A stretch of DNA of 63,826 bases, counting the filler, from Lenisia limosa (lineage: Eukaryota; Protista; Breviatea): NCBI GenBank assembly GCA_001655205.1. It is 7 parts of 7 records of this genome, joined end to end, with 100 filler letters (N's around TTAATTAATTAA, not from the genome) between each part and the next. Parts side by side here need not be neighbours in the genome. Positions count along the whole stretch, not along the records: positions 62,459 to 63,826 come from LPNZ01003218.1; 6 more parts are not named here. One strand, given 5' to 3'. The position numbers were made by a program, and so were the translations under genes. This document shows, piece by piece, positions 62,470 through 63,826 of this stretch. A model generated the notes under the pieces. The model was not told the origin of the DNA. It worked only from the letters and a program-made list of their open reading frames with translations, and made no database searches. Each line of letters starts with the position of its first letter. Positions within the stretch are counted from its first letter, which is position 1.

Positions 62470-63724
62470 CCCACCACAACGGCAATGGTTCTTAGTGGCT
62501 CGTCCATAAGGGAGGTGTCAGGGCCTCTCGATGCAGCGTCCTTCAGTTTCTGAGCAAATGCATGCCCCTTTTTGTGCTGCAAGTGTGAGATAATATACTG
62601 GAGGGTCAAATTATCCTTATACTTCGAACTGCTCTCAATTAAAATTGTGAAAATAGTGTTTCAATTAATTGTAGCGATCAAACACACTAGCTGAATTTGA
62701 GCGTTGGGGTTGAAAAGCTGTCTCAGGAGTAATTTGGTATGATATGATACAATATGTACAGGACTTACTTCGGTTCGCAAAAAATACTGAATTTCTCGAT
62801 AAATCCTCGAAAACTATCGATATTCTACAGGTCTTTTTCGAACCGAAGTGAAGCCCTAGATATGTATAATATGATGTAAAAATATACTATATCACACCGT
62901 TCATAAATATGTGTTATTTTTAACTAAATGTTTTTTTTTTCGAGAGTTGTAAAAACAGTGTTTGGAGTCCTAAAATGAATAAGTAAACCTAGTTTTGTAA
63001 CAAATACACAAGTTGCAAGATGTATACATGTACATGTTTAAAGCCAACTTGGTGATTGCTTAGAGGACAAATAATATTATACAAGAAAGACTACACACAA
63101 GAGTTGTATCCTGAAACGGACTATTTAGATTGCNNNNNNNNNNNNNNNNNNNNNNNNNNNNNNNNNNNNNNNNNNNNNNNNNNNNNNNNNNNNNNNNNNN
63201 NNNNNNNNNNNNNNNNNNNNNNNNNNNNNNNNNNNNNNNNNNNNNNNNNNNNNNNNNNNNNNNNNNNNNNNNNNNNNNNNNNNNNNNNNNNNNNNNNNNN
63301 NNNNNNNNNNNNNNNNNNNNNNNNNNNNNNNNNNNTGATATATAATATATAGTATACTATAATATGGCATTTGGTTTATATTAGTGCAAACACACCCTCT
63401 GGATTTGGGCATTGGGATTAACAAGCTGTCTCAGGAGGTCATGACGTCTTGTTTTGGGCACGGCTGAAAGTTGCTTCAAAGTGCGCTCAATGGACGGTTG
63501 TATGATTTCCGGGTACTTTCCTAGGGGGATTGAGGTGAGTGAATAAAAGAACTGTATATGCAAAAATATCAAAATATCAAAATAACACCATATATCCCAC
63601 CGAAATATGTCTTATTGACCATGGGCGGCAGAATGACGTTAGGAAAGGCCGTCTCCATATCGCGCCGATGCCAGCGCAATTCGAGCAGCGAACGCTCGAC
63701 TGTTGTGAAGTGCTCATCTGTGAT
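62470..63724 (-). CDS. Uncharacterised gene, internal exons
   Basis: ITDEHFTTVERSLLELRWHRRDMETAFPNVILPPMVNKTYF|GKYPEIIQPSIERTLKQL...LLRQLVNPNAQIQR and HKKGHAFAQKLKDAASRGPD, with in-phase GT-AG joins for the first two exons. Confidence 0.5.
62759..62858. mobile_element. hAT-type MITE copy with 7/8 target-site duplication
   Basis: AATATGTA|CAGGACTTACTTCGGTTCGC...GAACCGAAGTGAAGCCCTA|GATATGTA. Confidence 0.85.
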
Positions 63725-63826
63725 CTGGGGGAGTAAACTTGGAAAATTGATGAAACAAAGAAATCCAAGTAAGACGGAATTTCTCGAGAAATATCAATAT
63801 TTCACGGTCTGTTTCAGACCGTAGGG

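Overview
Eukaryotic genomic DNA from an intron-rich, probably microbial eukaryote. The organism cannot be named from sequence alone. It uses the standard code (TAA, TAG and TGA all end recognisable genes) and mostly 40-100 nt GT-AG introns, so the supplied ORF track only catches exon pieces. The window is not one locus: six N44-TTAATTAATTAA-N44 linkers join seven separate scaffolds (1-21198, 21299-37905, 38006-40232, 40333-43398, 43499-61102, 61203-62358, 62459-63826), so gene order across linkers has no meaning. Genes I could splice by hand: a very large Ig-like (Big-1/invasin-type) repeat protein, ankyrin exons running towards a C-terminal RZ-type zinc finger, a Rac/Rho GTPase, an oversized CD36/LIMP-2 receptor, an ankyrin-repeat protein, an SCY1-like pseudokinase fragment, RPL9, acyloxyacyl hydrolase (AOAH), TMEM208/SND2, an XRN1 fragment, a divergent kinase fused to a KEN (IRE1/RNase L-type) RNase domain, the Hsp90 co-chaperone p23, a Sushi-repeat fragment and several unknown genes. 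Mobile DNA includes hAT-type MITEs with 8-bp target-site duplications, a Tc1/mariner-type MITE, and a sense-oriented repeat that recurs at the 3' ends of introns. The best leads are the small RZ-finger protein (RNF213/ZNFX1-type ubiquitin-ligase module, whose splicing needs a GA donor), the non-canonical kinase-KEN RNase, and the introner-like repeat. No CRISPR array, rRNA or tRNA was recognised. All exon joins are manual and need transcript support.
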